Virus record (IMG/VR): IMGVR_UViG_3300042922_000627
Span: 1-53,527 of that record
Reading direction: 5' to 3' (one strand)
DNA: 53,527 bases
From: a virus
Taxonomy: Duplodnaviria > Caudoviricetes
Shown here: in pieces, positions 28,859-37,821 of the stretch
How positions within the stretch are numbered: the first letter of the stretch is position 1
Layout: each line of letters begins with the position of its first letter
Notes under the pieces: model-generated
What the model saw: only the letters and a program-made list of their open reading frames with translations
Database searches by the model: none
Told to the model about the DNA's origin: nothing
Program-made: the position numbers and the translations under genes

Positions 28859-28900
28859 TGCTTATGTGGGATTTTACAGTTTAATGCTATCAAATATCAC

Positions 28901-28948
28901 TCGGGACATCAATACGGGGATTCGGGACATTAGGGGTTATTCGGGACA
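28901..28948 (-). promoter_or_regulatory. Direct repeats, probable late-activator binding sites
   Basis: TCGGGACA at 28901, 28922 and 28941 (about two helical turns apart) upstream of the late operon. Confidence 0.65.
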
Positions 28949-28971
28949 ACTTTTATAATCTTAATTACTAA

Positions 28972-29118
28972 TTATTTTACTGGCTCAACACATGCAGGCT
29001 CAAGATAATGTGCAAATCCATTCTCGTAGCATTCATCGAAATAATTACACTGTGGACAATTCTCAAATTGTACCTTGATAATATTGCCTTTATGCATGAC
29101 TTCTATATTTTGTTCCAC
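28972..29118 (-). CDS. Small Cys-rich protein (48 aa, not in ORF track)
   Basis: GGAGG-6 nt-GTG; MEQNIEVMHKGNIIKVQFENCPQCNYFDECY... Confidence 0.6.
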   Translation of the reverse strand: MEQNIEVMHKGNIIKVQFENCPQCNYFDECYENGFAHYLEPACVEPVK

Positions 29119-29137
29119 ATTATACCTCCTTCAACAC

Positions 29138-29407
29138 TTATTCATTATGCGATACGATTTCTTGAAATTCATCATATTCATAACCGCTACATTCTTCTTT
29201 ACAATCGGCTTCATTATTGACACATCGGTATCTGTATCCTTCATCTTCTGTTTTAACGCTAATAAACCAATTACAACTAAGACATAGATTACGCTTTCCT
29301 CCTATTGTGAATCTTGCTCCGCAATAATCACACTGGCATTTAACTGGTTCACCTACTACAAGTGTTTCTCTCATTGCACCTACACATCTTTCACAGGCCA
29401 AAACCAT
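29138..29407 (-). CDS. Small Cys-rich / Zn-finger protein (start uncertain)
   Basis: CERC, CDYC, CLSC motifs. Confidence 0.6.
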   Translation of the reverse strand: MVLACERCVGAMRETLVVGEPVKCQCDYCGARFTIGGKRNLCLSCNWFISVKTEDEGYRYRCVNNEADCKEECSGYEYDEFQEIVSHNE

Positions 29408-29553
29408 TACCCCCAAAATTACACTATATTCATGATCCGACGTACTTTTCTTATTTTGCGCCCAAAAATGGACATAAAAAACGCACATCGTTTAAATGAA
29501 TGTGCGGTAATAGAATGATTCTTGATATATAAAGATTGCGAACTAAATCAATT

Positions 29554-30348
29554 TCATATTATGTTCATTTTTATTGTTGGCATTTCTTTTTCAATCTTTT
29601 TATTGAAGAATTCATTTTTGTTCTTTAGAACTATAGGAATACAAATAATTACACATATAGTGGTTGCTAAAGCATAAAACAAAACGCCTTCTCTACTTTG
29701 AAGAAGTGTAACAGAACCGACATTAACGCCAAAGTGGAACAATATCATGCATAATAAATTCCCACTGGTTTTCATATATACCCATGCCATAAAAATCGAA
29801 AAACATATTATCAACATTACAAACAGAAAAAAGCCCGATAATCCATAAGTAAATTTGCAGTGCCATATACCCCATAATGAACCAACGACTATTGTACTGT
29901 AAAACATATTATGCTTTTTTGCAAACATAGGTAATAGATAACCTCTCCAGCCGATTTCCTCTGTAATACATCCGAGCATTGCAGTAATAATTGTGATAAC
30001 ATATCCTAACGAAGTATCTTTCCAAATCACAAATTGATTTCCCATCGAAGATATTATCAGTGATGAAATTAAGATTACAGCCACAGGCAAGAATAAGGAT
30101 ACTAACATCCATAACAGAATTTTTTTTGTTTTAACAGAATTCCAATTCATTTTCACCCAAGCAGACCAATTATTTAACATCCCGCAAATGAGAACAAGTC
30201 CGATTGTAGGTGCATATTGTGGTGAAATAAATGCATTGTTTGTAAACATATATGCCGCTCCCAAAATAATTGTTATTAAAAAGGTAATCACAAAATAAAT
30301 AGCTATTATGTATCTTTTAAGAAAAGAGTTCTCGGTTTTTGTCTTCAT
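29554..30348 (-). CDS. CPBP/CAAX (Abi) intramembrane metalloprotease, moron
   Basis: EEIGWRG, WGIWH, HFGVN motifs; AT-rich; own promoter. Confidence 0.92.
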   Translation of the reverse strand: MKTKTENSFLKRYIIAIYFVITFLITIILGAAYMFTNNAFISPQYAPTIGLVLICGMLNNWSAWVKMNWNSVKTKKILLWMLVSLFLPVAVILISSLIISSMGNQFVIWKDTSLGYVITIITAMLGCITEEIGWRGYLLPMFAKKHNMFYSTIVVGSLWGIWHCKFTYGLSGFFLFVMLIICFSIFMAWVYMKTSGNLLCMILFHFGVNVGSVTLLQSREGVLFYALATTICVIICIPIVLKNKNEFFNKKIEKEMPTIKMNII

Positions 30349-30421
30349 AATCTTGCCCCCTGATTAAAACAATTTTTTGTTGCAAACAATACTGATTATA
30401 AAAGGTAACTCATTACAAACA

Positions 30422-30450
30422 ATACTACACTTGGAAAATTTCTATGTCAA
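30422..30450 (-). promoter_or_regulatory. SigA promoter of the CPBP moron
   Basis: TTGACA (30450-30445), 17 nt, TAGTAT (30427-30422). Confidence 0.75.
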
Positions 30451-30522
30451 GTTTCACTCCTTACCGCACTATTCAGTTGTCAAAGATCATGTATTTCCGT
30501 TACTATCTATTCATATCTCGAA

Positions 30523-31110
30523 CTACTTGTTTACCTGAAATATCCACAAATAGCTGTGATTCTTTCTGGCATGCTTTTGCTCATATACCGGTTTTGGTCT
30601 TTTTGTATTTATCAGAATGAACAAATCTTCTGCATACATTCCAAGTTCTTTCTCAGCAATATTTTTTATTTCTTCGTGTGTCCAATACTGCTTACCACCG
30701 TAAATTTCATCTTGGCACTTACATAAAATATAGCCTTTACTCCTGATTGCTCTTTTTAATTCGCATAGTCCATCCCTGTACATTTGGACAATATCATTAT
30801 GAGTTGTAAACCTGGTAGTATTGTAGCAGTGTTGCATACCTTTCAGCTCAAGCCTTGCATATGGAGGGTCAATCGCTCCGTGGTCAAAAGAATTATCCTT
30901 GTGCGGCAGCTGTCTAAAATCTATGCCCATTTTTATGTCGGTACCAACAATTTCATATTTGCTTTTATCAATGTCTTTCCAAAAAACTCCCCTGCCATAT
31001 GTAACATCTGCTATTCTGCTACCCTTTTCAAAATATAGGTTAACAGCATTTTTTATTAACCCTGAATTGCATCCGTGATGCACTGTATAAATAATCTTTT
31101 CTTCTTCCAA
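30523..31110 (-). CDS. Amino (N6-A/N4-C) DNA methyltransferase-like protein
   Basis: ADVTYGRGVFW SAM-binding motif followed by DPPY; probable TTG start at 31110 after GGAGG. Confidence 0.78.
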   Translation of the reverse strand: MEEEKIIYTVHHGCNSGLIKNAVNLYFEKGSRIADVTYGRGVFWKDIDKSKYEIVGTDIKMGIDFRQLPHKDNSFDHGAIDPPYARLELKGMQHCYNTTRFTTHNDIVQMYRDGLCELKRAIRSKGYILCKCQDEIYGGKQYWTHEEIKNIAEKELGMYAEDLFILINTKRPKPVYEQKHARKNHSYLWIFQVNK

Positions 31111-31163
31111 ACTTTTCACCTCCTGGTTGGTGCGCAATAGACTTATGATCCGACGCATCTTTC

Positions 31164-31328
31164 TTATAAAGCGTCGGTTTCCTGTTTTATCATTTCTACA
31201 TTGGGTTCATAAGCACTAAACCCGTTATAACATTCATTTGCCTGTTTGCACCCGTAAAAGCTGTCATCTTTGTGCCTACAAGTATTACAGCAATGATATA
31301 ATTTTTCTTGAGCCATTTTTTCAGTCAT
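31164..31328 (-). CDS. Small Cys-rich protein (54 aa, not in ORF track)
   Basis: MTEKMAQEKLYHCCNTCRHKDDSFYGCKQANECYNG...; RBS GGAAGG. Confidence 0.55.
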   Translation of the reverse strand: MTEKMAQEKLYHCCNTCRHKDDSFYGCKQANECYNGFSAYEPNVEMIKQETDAL

Positions 31329-31371
31329 CCTTCCTGCGGGGGATTTAACGCCCTCGCTCGGTTTTTATTCA

Positions 31372-31806
31372 TTATGCGAAACATTTTTCCTGTTTATCTT
31401 TTATATTCTTTCGGAACTGTTCCATCTGTTCTGGTGTATACGCTTTTTTCTTTTCGTCTTGTCCGTCATCTATGAATACCAGTGGTAGTGGCTGCCACGC
31501 AATAACCTCGTAACGGTAATTACATGCATCATGCCACGTTGGGATTCCGTTGCCGTCCCATGCAAAGTATAGTATACAGGGCATTTTTGCCCCCTTAACA
31601 GTAACTAGATATGGCTTACTTTGTATTGTCGGATTTGGCTCCGGCAACCGCTCATTACATGGAATCCAATCGAATGTAGTATACTGATTTTCTTCATTAT
31701 CTTTTTGAGCATAACCACAAGTTTTATCCCTGTAGCCTGTAGAAAAGCACTCTCCAGCAATTTTATAGCAACAATTATTTTCCGATAAACATTTCTTATT
31801 TTTCAT
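31372..31806 (-). CDS. DUF551-like protein
   Basis: WIPCNERLPE...YLVT...VIAWQPLP. Confidence 0.82.
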   Translation of the reverse strand: MKNKKCLSENNCCYKIAGECFSTGYRDKTCGYAQKDNEENQYTTFDWIPCNERLPEPNPTIQSKPYLVTVKGAKMPCILYFAWDGNGIPTWHDACNYRYEVIAWQPLPLVFIDDGQDEKKKAYTPEQMEQFRKNIKDKQEKCFA

Positions 31807-31842
31807 TGATTTACACCTCGCTTCCTTCGCATTAGACTTATT

Positions 31843-32256
31843 TTATTTTTCAAACTGCTTACCTGCCCTCAAAAACCTGTAACAAACCTTTTTTATACTT
31901 TCTGCGGTGTTGTTACCACCCATTTCTTCAGCCACCTGGCTCCATGGTTTGAGGTCTACAAACCTCAGATACATAATAAGCCTTATTTGATAGTCGTGAA
32001 TACTATCTATATATTGCTGTATTTTCATTTGTTCTTCAAAGAGGCGCTTCTGTTCCTCAACAATCTGCTGCTGCATGTCCACAATGAGCGGGATAATCTC
32101 TCCAATAGGGTTCTTTGTCCCAGTCTTACGCGGCATATCTGTCAATATCTGCACTCCAGACTGTAGCCTTTCCTCCAGGTCAACCAAACGCTGAGTGTCC
32201 CGGTCAATCAGCTTTTGTATGTAGTACAGTTTAGATAATTCTTTTAAGTCCACCAC
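31843..32256 (-). CDS. RinA/ArpU-like late transcriptional activator
   Basis: C-terminal sigma-4-like HTH RLIMYLRFVDLKPWSQVAEEMG; end of early region. Confidence 0.8.
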   Translation of the reverse strand: MVDLKELSKLYYIQKLIDRDTQRLVDLEERLQSGVQILTDMPRKTGTKNPIGEIIPLIVDMQQQIVEEQKRLFEEQMKIQQYIDSIHDYQIRLIMYLRFVDLKPWSQVAEEMGGNNTAESIKKVCYRFLRAGKQFEK

Positions 32257-32279
32257 AACGCCCCCTTTTAAGTATTACT

Positions 32280-32438
32280 CTATTCTTTTCTTTTGCATTT
32301 ACTGAAACAGTTTTCTTTCTGTCGCTTGCTTCCAGTATAGTATTTGCAAAATCCGTCCTCGCCCTTCCGAAATCCTGGACATATATCTCCGACTTTCAAC
32401 AGCTTATTTTCCAATGACTTAGGTTTTCTACCTTTCAT
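32280..32438 (-). CDS. Small Cys-rich hypothetical protein
   Basis: Probable start MKGRK overlapping upstream stop (ATGA). Confidence 0.55.
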   Translation of the reverse strand: MKGRKPKSLENKLLKVGDICPGFRKGEDGFCKYYTGSKRQKENCFSKCKRKE

Positions 32439-32695
32439 GATGGCCTCCTTTTTCTTTTGAAACGTGCTGCATGGTGACAAGTACTGAAATGTGAAATATA
32501 GCCGAAACCAGTTACTTTATTTAGATCACCTTCAAATTCACAGCTGATTACCTTTCCATTCGGTGTAACTACCTTACCTGCTGATTTTTCCTTGGCCCAG
32601 TATGGAACGAGAGAGGGGTCACATGGCATACTCTTTCCGTTTGACGTTTGTATAAAAACTATGTATTCTCCGCACCCTCTGCATTTTGGTGACAT
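32435..32695 (-). CDS. Zn-binding hypothetical phage protein
   Basis: CRGCG...GKSMPCD...GYISHFSTC. Confidence 0.75.
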   Translation of the reverse strand: MSPKCRGCGEYIVFIQTSNGKSMPCDPSLVPYWAKEKSAGKVVTPNGKVISCEFEGDLNKVTGFGYISHFSTCHHAARFKRKRRPS

Positions 32696-32818
32696 ATAAT
32701 ACCTCCTCGCTGATCGTCCTCTATTTGGGATAGCAGAATGGGCGGCTCATTCCAATTAGTCCCTTATGAATATTCAGTTTTAATCTCACCGCTGCCGCCG
32801 AGCAGTGGAGCTTTATTT

Positions 32819-33301
32819 TCATCTGAGCCAGTTCCACAGTCCTTGTTTACCCTTCACCGATATAGGCTCCGGCAGTATTGTCATATTCGCAAATTCCCAT
32901 GCGAAACGACCTTTTCTCCAATCGCCAAAGATTTGTTCTTGTCGGGATATATATTCCACCTTGTCAAAATCATAGGCAGTATTCGGGCATTTCACGATAT
33001 GAAGTCCATTGTCCAAAGTGTTATACATCCGATAACAGCCGATAAGCTCAGCAGTAGCGATAACGCATCCATAAGGAAGGGTATCAAAGCTGTATATGTC
33101 TGAAAAATCTAAAGCTTCTGCAAACAAGTAAAGCTCTCTGTCAGGATATGTGCCTGTGTTGAACGGCTTTATCGCAGTATGAATTGCTATTGGGCCTCGG
33201 TAAGATATTTCCCAACTGCGAGTCTCATATTTCTTTGCTCTGCAGGCTAGAAGGGAAGCCCATGGCTGCCATACAGTTACTGCTTTCATTGAATCAACCA
33301 C
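32819..33301 (-). CDS. ASCH domain protein
   Basis: MKAVTVWQPWASL...KKYETRSW...RGPIAIH...KGKQGLW. Confidence 0.9.
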   Translation of the reverse strand: MVDSMKAVTVWQPWASLLACRAKKYETRSWEISYRGPIAIHTAIKPFNTGTYPDRELYLFAEALDFSDIYSFDTLPYGCVIATAELIGCYRMYNTLDNGLHIVKCPNTAYDFDKVEYISRQEQIFGDWRKGRFAWEFANMTILPEPISVKGKQGLWNWLR

Positions 33302-33316
33302 GATTTTTCCTCTCCT

Positions 33317-33595
33317 CTAAATATAAGAACCTACTATAACAGAATCATCTGAGGCTACCGGTGGTACTAATATCATGTGGACAGGTATCATTTTCTTTAT
33401 CTCAGCTAATGAATCCGAAAGTACTACCATTCTGGTAGGTTTATTTTTAATATTCCATAGCCGTGCAACATATTTGCCAGGGTAATCCTTTGGACTGTTA
33501 TAGACTACGATTATAGGCGGGTTCGCTATCGGTGCTAAATTGACGTCTATAAATGTTTCAAGGATTATATCCCCGCTACTGTCATATATATTCAC
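33317..33595 (-). CDS. Hypothetical protein
   Basis: VYNSPKDYPGKYVARLW conserved-looking motif; coupled ORF. Confidence 0.7.
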   Translation of the reverse strand: MNIYDSSGDIILETFIDVNLAPIANPPIIVVYNSPKDYPGKYVARLWNIKNKPTRMVVLSDSLAEIKKMIPVHMILVPPVASDDSVIVGSYI

Positions 33596-33927
33596 TTTAA
33601 TACCTCCTCAGCGCGGCGATTCCACCGCTTGATAGTTTCTCCTTTGCTGTGATCATGCCAGGCTGTGCAGTCATTCTGGAATTTCGTCTGACAGCAAGGG
33701 CAGGAGATTTCTACAACATAGCTGTTCTCAGTTATAAGAGGATGTTCATTACCGCAGAATGGGCAAGGCTTAAGTTTTGTGTACTCTTCGTAATTAGTAC
33801 ATATTCCCCCGTCCCAAAACGCACAGTCATTATAACAGTTCCAATTATTAACCCCTCTGCCAATATGGCAATTCAATCTTTTCTGTTTATTTGCACTTGT
33901 TTCATCAATGACATCTGTCTTAATCAT
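33592..33927 (-). CDS. Lar-family restriction alleviation-like protein
   Basis: LKPCPFCG...CPCC...WNRRA; probable start MIKTD. Confidence 0.75.
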   Translation of the reverse strand: MIKTDVIDETSANKQKRLNCHIGRGVNNWNCYNDCAFWDGGICTNYEEYTKLKPCPFCGNEHPLITENSYVVEISCPCCQTKFQNDCTAWHDHSKGETIKRWNRRAEEVLK

Positions 33928-35099
33928 ACAAACTCCTGTTCCTGAGTTCCGACCATCACACCGGCTCTCTGCAAAATTCGCCATTTCTTTTGGTGCTGCT
34001 TTTTTCTAGCCGACCGGCAACGTTTACATAACCGATCAGATTCTCTTTCGAAGAATGTGGCTCCGCAACGGACACAGTATTGAGGCTTTATTCTCTCAAA
34101 GTCAATGCAGTTATCACAATCTTCTTGTCCTGCGGTACATCCCCGTATATCATGCCACTTCATGCACATATGCCGTTGCCAGTATGGCTCATATCCGAGT
34201 TGATTTCTGCGGATCAGCAGCAGCTCCATAAGCTTGGTCAAATCCTTCTTGACTGGAACACGCCGCCTAGCTTCAAATGTTGTCAGTTCCGGTTTTCCAG
34301 TTCCCCATGCACCATCACCTAACATAGAGCGTACTTTATCAGCGTTTTCAGTGCGGTAGAAGTCGAATACCCGCCCTCGGATTGCCTTTTCCGATTTTTC
34401 AAGGACTTCTCCAATTGCTCCATAGCTGTAACCGGCGCGAATCATATCTGCAAGGATTTGGAAATGCTTTTCTTCCCACGATTTATGATTATCCGCTTTG
34501 ACAGGGCGTTCTTTGAGTTTAAGGTCACATATCCTGCGCTGTATTGCGCCGGCCGATCTCCCCAGTATCTGCGACAGTTCTAAATATCCATATTTGAATT
34601 GTTTTAAGTAATCTTTCAGTCGGGCATCTTCCTGGGGACTCCATGGATCCTTTCGATAGTTAGCATTGCATGCGAAATCCTGACGTCGCTGTTCGATCAC
34701 CCAATCTGGCTCTTTACCCAGGATTAACGGTTCCATTTTTGAAAAATCCAGAAAACCTTTATTTTTCTCAGCCCATTTCCAAAACTCGTCTATGTAAACA
34801 ACCCGCCAGGTACATTGGCTATTGCGCTTATTGTGGACGGGAAGCCCTCTGTTTTCAACCCAGCTTTTCATCTTGTATGAGTAACTGGTATCGGAACCTG
34901 TTACCACTTGGATGAGCTGATTAAGGGTGACGTACTCTCCGCTATCAAGGAAGGGCGGGAGACCCAGGCGCTGCACTCGTATCAATATTGCACTTTTTGT
35001 ACGGTTAAGCTGTTTGCACAGGCCTGGTACCGATATATACCCCCAATTATCTGAGAGGTAAGCTTCGTCTTCTTTTGTCCACTTACGCCCCATACCCAT
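33924..35099 (-). CDS. Putative DNA-binding protein with three Myb/HTH-like repeats and C-terminal Cys clusters
   Basis: WTKEDEAYL, WSPQEDARL, WEEKHFQIL repeats; CVRCG...CKRC. Confidence 0.65.
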   Translation of the reverse strand: MGMGRKWTKEDEAYLSDNWGYISVPGLCKQLNRTKSAILIRVQRLGLPPFLDSGEYVTLNQLIQVVTGSDTSYSYKMKSWVENRGLPVHNKRNSQCTWRVVYIDEFWKWAEKNKGFLDFSKMEPLILGKEPDWVIEQRRQDFACNANYRKDPWSPQEDARLKDYLKQFKYGYLELSQILGRSAGAIQRRICDLKLKERPVKADNHKSWEEKHFQILADMIRAGYSYGAIGEVLEKSEKAIRGRVFDFYRTENADKVRSMLGDGAWGTGKPELTTFEARRRVPVKKDLTKLMELLLIRRNQLGYEPYWQRHMCMKWHDIRGCTAGQEDCDNCIDFERIKPQYCVRCGATFFERESDRLCKRCRSARKKQHQKKWRILQRAGVMVGTQEQEFV

Positions 35100-36449
35100 T
35101 TACTTCTCAGCCTCGCTATTCTCAAACAGTTCATGTGTACCGTTCATCAGGGCTTTTTCCTCGTCTGACATTTCATAGCCGAGTTCTTCAAGCAGGGCAT
35201 AAATCTCATCAAGGACCTCATTTTCAACCTTCTGTGCGTTCCAGTTGTAATAGCTTTCAGTCTCTGAGTCATTTGCCAAGTAGGTAACAAGGAATAAATG
35301 CCTCTCAGGCTGTGCTGAAATTCTGTCATAAATAGAAGTTTCAAATGCATCTTCTTCATCATCGTTTCCATCCTCGGGCTGTGTGATGTCAAGCAACTCT
35401 GCTAAATCATCTATATCTACGTTGGGGTAGTCAAATATTGTTTTTATGGATTGCTTTATAATGGAGCCGATATTCTTTTTGCATTTAGTATTCGATATAT
35501 CTTTTGCAAATTTAAGCCTGAGCTGATAGGCTCTCTTTGTAACTTCTTTCAGAGCCACTTTCAGCTCCTCAGTTTTCTTGCGTTTCTCTTCAGTTGCTGT
35601 ATCTACCACTCTCGGCTGGCCTTTCTTATAGAGAGTATAGTAGTTAACGTAACTTTTGTTGCCGGGCGAGGTATAAAAATATTCTACTGTATCGGCATCT
35701 TCGGGTTTTTTGACTTGATTGCCTTGTGATGGATAATAAGTTGTTATGTATTCAAAACCATTGATATTGTCTATTTCAGTTGCAAATTCTTTTAAACTTG
35801 CTTCTATCAATGACTTATTTGCATTACACTTTTCATTTTCAATAGCCTGCTGTAATTCCCATTTAAAATTGGAAGTACCTATTTTTTCAAGTACTTTATT
35901 CCTCAAAGCGACATCCTGGATTCTTTCCAGTTCAATGAAATCCAATAGCGTAGCTCCACGGTCTACAGCTTCCTTAACCTTTTTGTTGTTCAGTTTTGTA
36001 ATATTCAATCTACGTCTTACAGTGGTTTCTGAAAACCCTGTTCTTGCTGAAATATCAGTGATTGAATCCCCAAGTTCAAGCAGCATCTGAAATCCTTGGG
36101 CCTGCTCCCAAACTGTGAGATCATTACGTTGCATGTTTTCCATAAGCATTGTTTCTTGCTGAGTCTTTTCATCCATATCAGACAAAACACAGGGAAGTTC
36201 TGTAAGACCAGCAAGCTTTGCAGCACCTAATCGACGATTGCCGATGACCACATAATATCCCATTTCCTCCTGTGCCTTTGGGTCGTCTGCTCCGACACCC
36301 GTAATAATGCTGAACCAAGGAACAACAGTCAGGTTCTGGAATATTCCATTGACCTTAATGCTTTCTGCAAGTTCTGTCAGGTCGCCAAGGTCCCTTCTTG
36401 GATTTTTAGGGTGATTATGTAATTTGCTTATCTCAATATTTTGAATCAT
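35100..36449 (-). CDS. ParB/RepB/Spo0J family protein, 449 aa
   Basis: HPKNPR, LAESIKVNGIFQNLTV, IGNRRLGA, ENMQRNDL, HTH. Confidence 0.92.
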   Translation of the reverse strand: MIQNIEISKLHNHPKNPRRDLGDLTELAESIKVNGIFQNLTVVPWFSIITGVGADDPKAQEEMGYYVVIGNRRLGAAKLAGLTELPCVLSDMDEKTQQETMLMENMQRNDLTVWEQAQGFQMLLELGDSITDISARTGFSETTVRRRLNITKLNNKKVKEAVDRGATLLDFIELERIQDVALRNKVLEKIGTSNFKWELQQAIENEKCNANKSLIEASLKEFATEIDNINGFEYITTYYPSQGNQVKKPEDADTVEYFYTSPGNKSYVNYYTLYKKGQPRVVDTATEEKRKKTEELKVALKEVTKRAYQLRLKFAKDISNTKCKKNIGSIIKQSIKTIFDYPNVDIDDLAELLDITQPEDGNDDEEDAFETSIYDRISAQPERHLFLVTYLANDSETESYYNWNAQKVENEVLDEIYALLEELGYEMSDEEKALMNGTHELFENSEAEK

Positions 36450-36469
36450 AGTGGTTTTGCTCCTTTCGA

Positions 36470-37327
36470 TTAGAACAATGTCAATTGTTCATATTTGCCT
36501 TTCTTCAGGCTATTCTTATTTTTGGGTGATTCACTCACAATTTCAGGTATTTCATTCACTGTTTTTGCCGTTTCGTTCACACTTTCTGTTATTTTAAACA
36601 GTTCTTTGATAGTACGCCGCCAATGCCAGATATCAAGAAAGTAGAAAGGGGTGTACCAGACATTTTGCTCGGACAGTGATTGGGTCGGGGGAGTGGTAAG
36701 AGTATTTCCGACGATGATGTACCCGGGACAACCTAATAGGCTGAGCTGAATATAACACATCATAGCGGCGGTGAAGTCGATGTCTTGGGCTACAAATAGG
36801 ATATGCTGCTGATAGTTTATGCCTTGGCGTTTAGCTTCGTTGGCAAAAGCGATAAGGAGAGCTCCAGCGCCACAGCAGCAGTCATTGACTGATATGTAAC
36901 CTTTCTTACTGAGTTCGGCTTCAAGATTACCGGTGCTTATCATCGACATTGCTTTGCATACATCGTAAGGTGTAAAGAATTGACCGTTGCGGTCGTTTCC
37001 AAGCTCCAGCCTCATGTACAGCTCGCCAAGCAAGTCCTGTTCCTGATTTTCCTCCAAGGCATTTATGACTTCAGCGAGCATTGAGGAAAACTGCTCTAAT
37101 TCGACAGACGTGTATTTTTTAGAGATATCGGAATAGAGCTTTTCTCGTTCCTCACGCCGTTCAACATCTGCCATCGAAAGTGTGCAGGCTGCCATTGTCA
37201 CAAAGTCAGACCAGATTATCCATCTGTTGTGTTTCCCGGAGTGAGTTAATCCATCAAAGGTTTTAACTATAGCTTTCTGATGGCCATTTTGTAAACGTGG
37301 AGGGTTTGACATTCTATTCACCGCCAT
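36470..37327 (-). CDS. N-6 DNA methylase-like protein lacking the NPPY motif
   Basis: GQFFTP, DCCCGAGALL, QDID, GNTL present; no (N/D)PP(Y/F). Confidence 0.75.
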   Translation of the reverse strand: MAVNRMSNPPRLQNGHQKAIVKTFDGLTHSGKHNRWIIWSDFVTMAACTLSMADVERREEREKLYSDISKKYTSVELEQFSSMLAEVINALEENQEQDLLGELYMRLELGNDRNGQFFTPYDVCKAMSMISTGNLEAELSKKGYISVNDCCCGAGALLIAFANEAKRQGINYQQHILFVAQDIDFTAAMMCYIQLSLLGCPGYIIVGNTLTTPPTQSLSEQNVWYTPFYFLDIWHWRRTIKELFKITESVNETAKTVNEIPEIVSESPKNKNSLKKGKYEQLTLF

Positions 37328-37679
37328 TTCTTTCTTGTCCAGATTTAAACTCCTTCCACTTTCTCCTTTCAGCTACTTTATTTAAAGCACTTTGAGCATC
37401 ATCAAACCTCATGTGATATTGCGTGTTCAAAATACTTTCCCTGAATTCCTTGTAGTCCTCTCCCGGCTTACGTCTGACTATTTTAAAAGTATCATTAGCG
37501 GAAATGGGGCACATTACTTTGTATGTGCATCCCCGGTTGTCGATGTAGGCCTTTACAAACCGACATTGGGTATCTGCAGGGTGCAATGTTCCTTTTATAC
37601 CAGGACATACTGTCTGTGGTGGAAACTTTATATTCGGACACATGCAGCACCGCATTTTTAAATATTCAGGCATTCTCAT
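37314..37679 (-). CDS. Hypothetical protein
   Basis: ORF with GGAGG RBS in early operon. Confidence 0.65.
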   Translation of the reverse strand: MRMPEYLKMRCCMCPNIKFPPQTVCPGIKGTLHPADTQCRFVKAYIDNRGCTYKVMCPISANDTFKIVRRKPGEDYKEFRESILNTQYHMRFDDAQSALNKVAERRKWKEFKSGQERNGGE

Positions 37680-37821
37680 TACCTCCAACTTCTTTATGAA
37701 TTAGAGTGGGGATGGAGGGCGATTTTCTCGCCCTCACCCAGCCTCGAATCCACGGCGATATATCCTTTGCAAATCCTCTTCCATCTGCAGCTTATCCATT
37801 CGCTTTATGGCCTTGTAGTCC

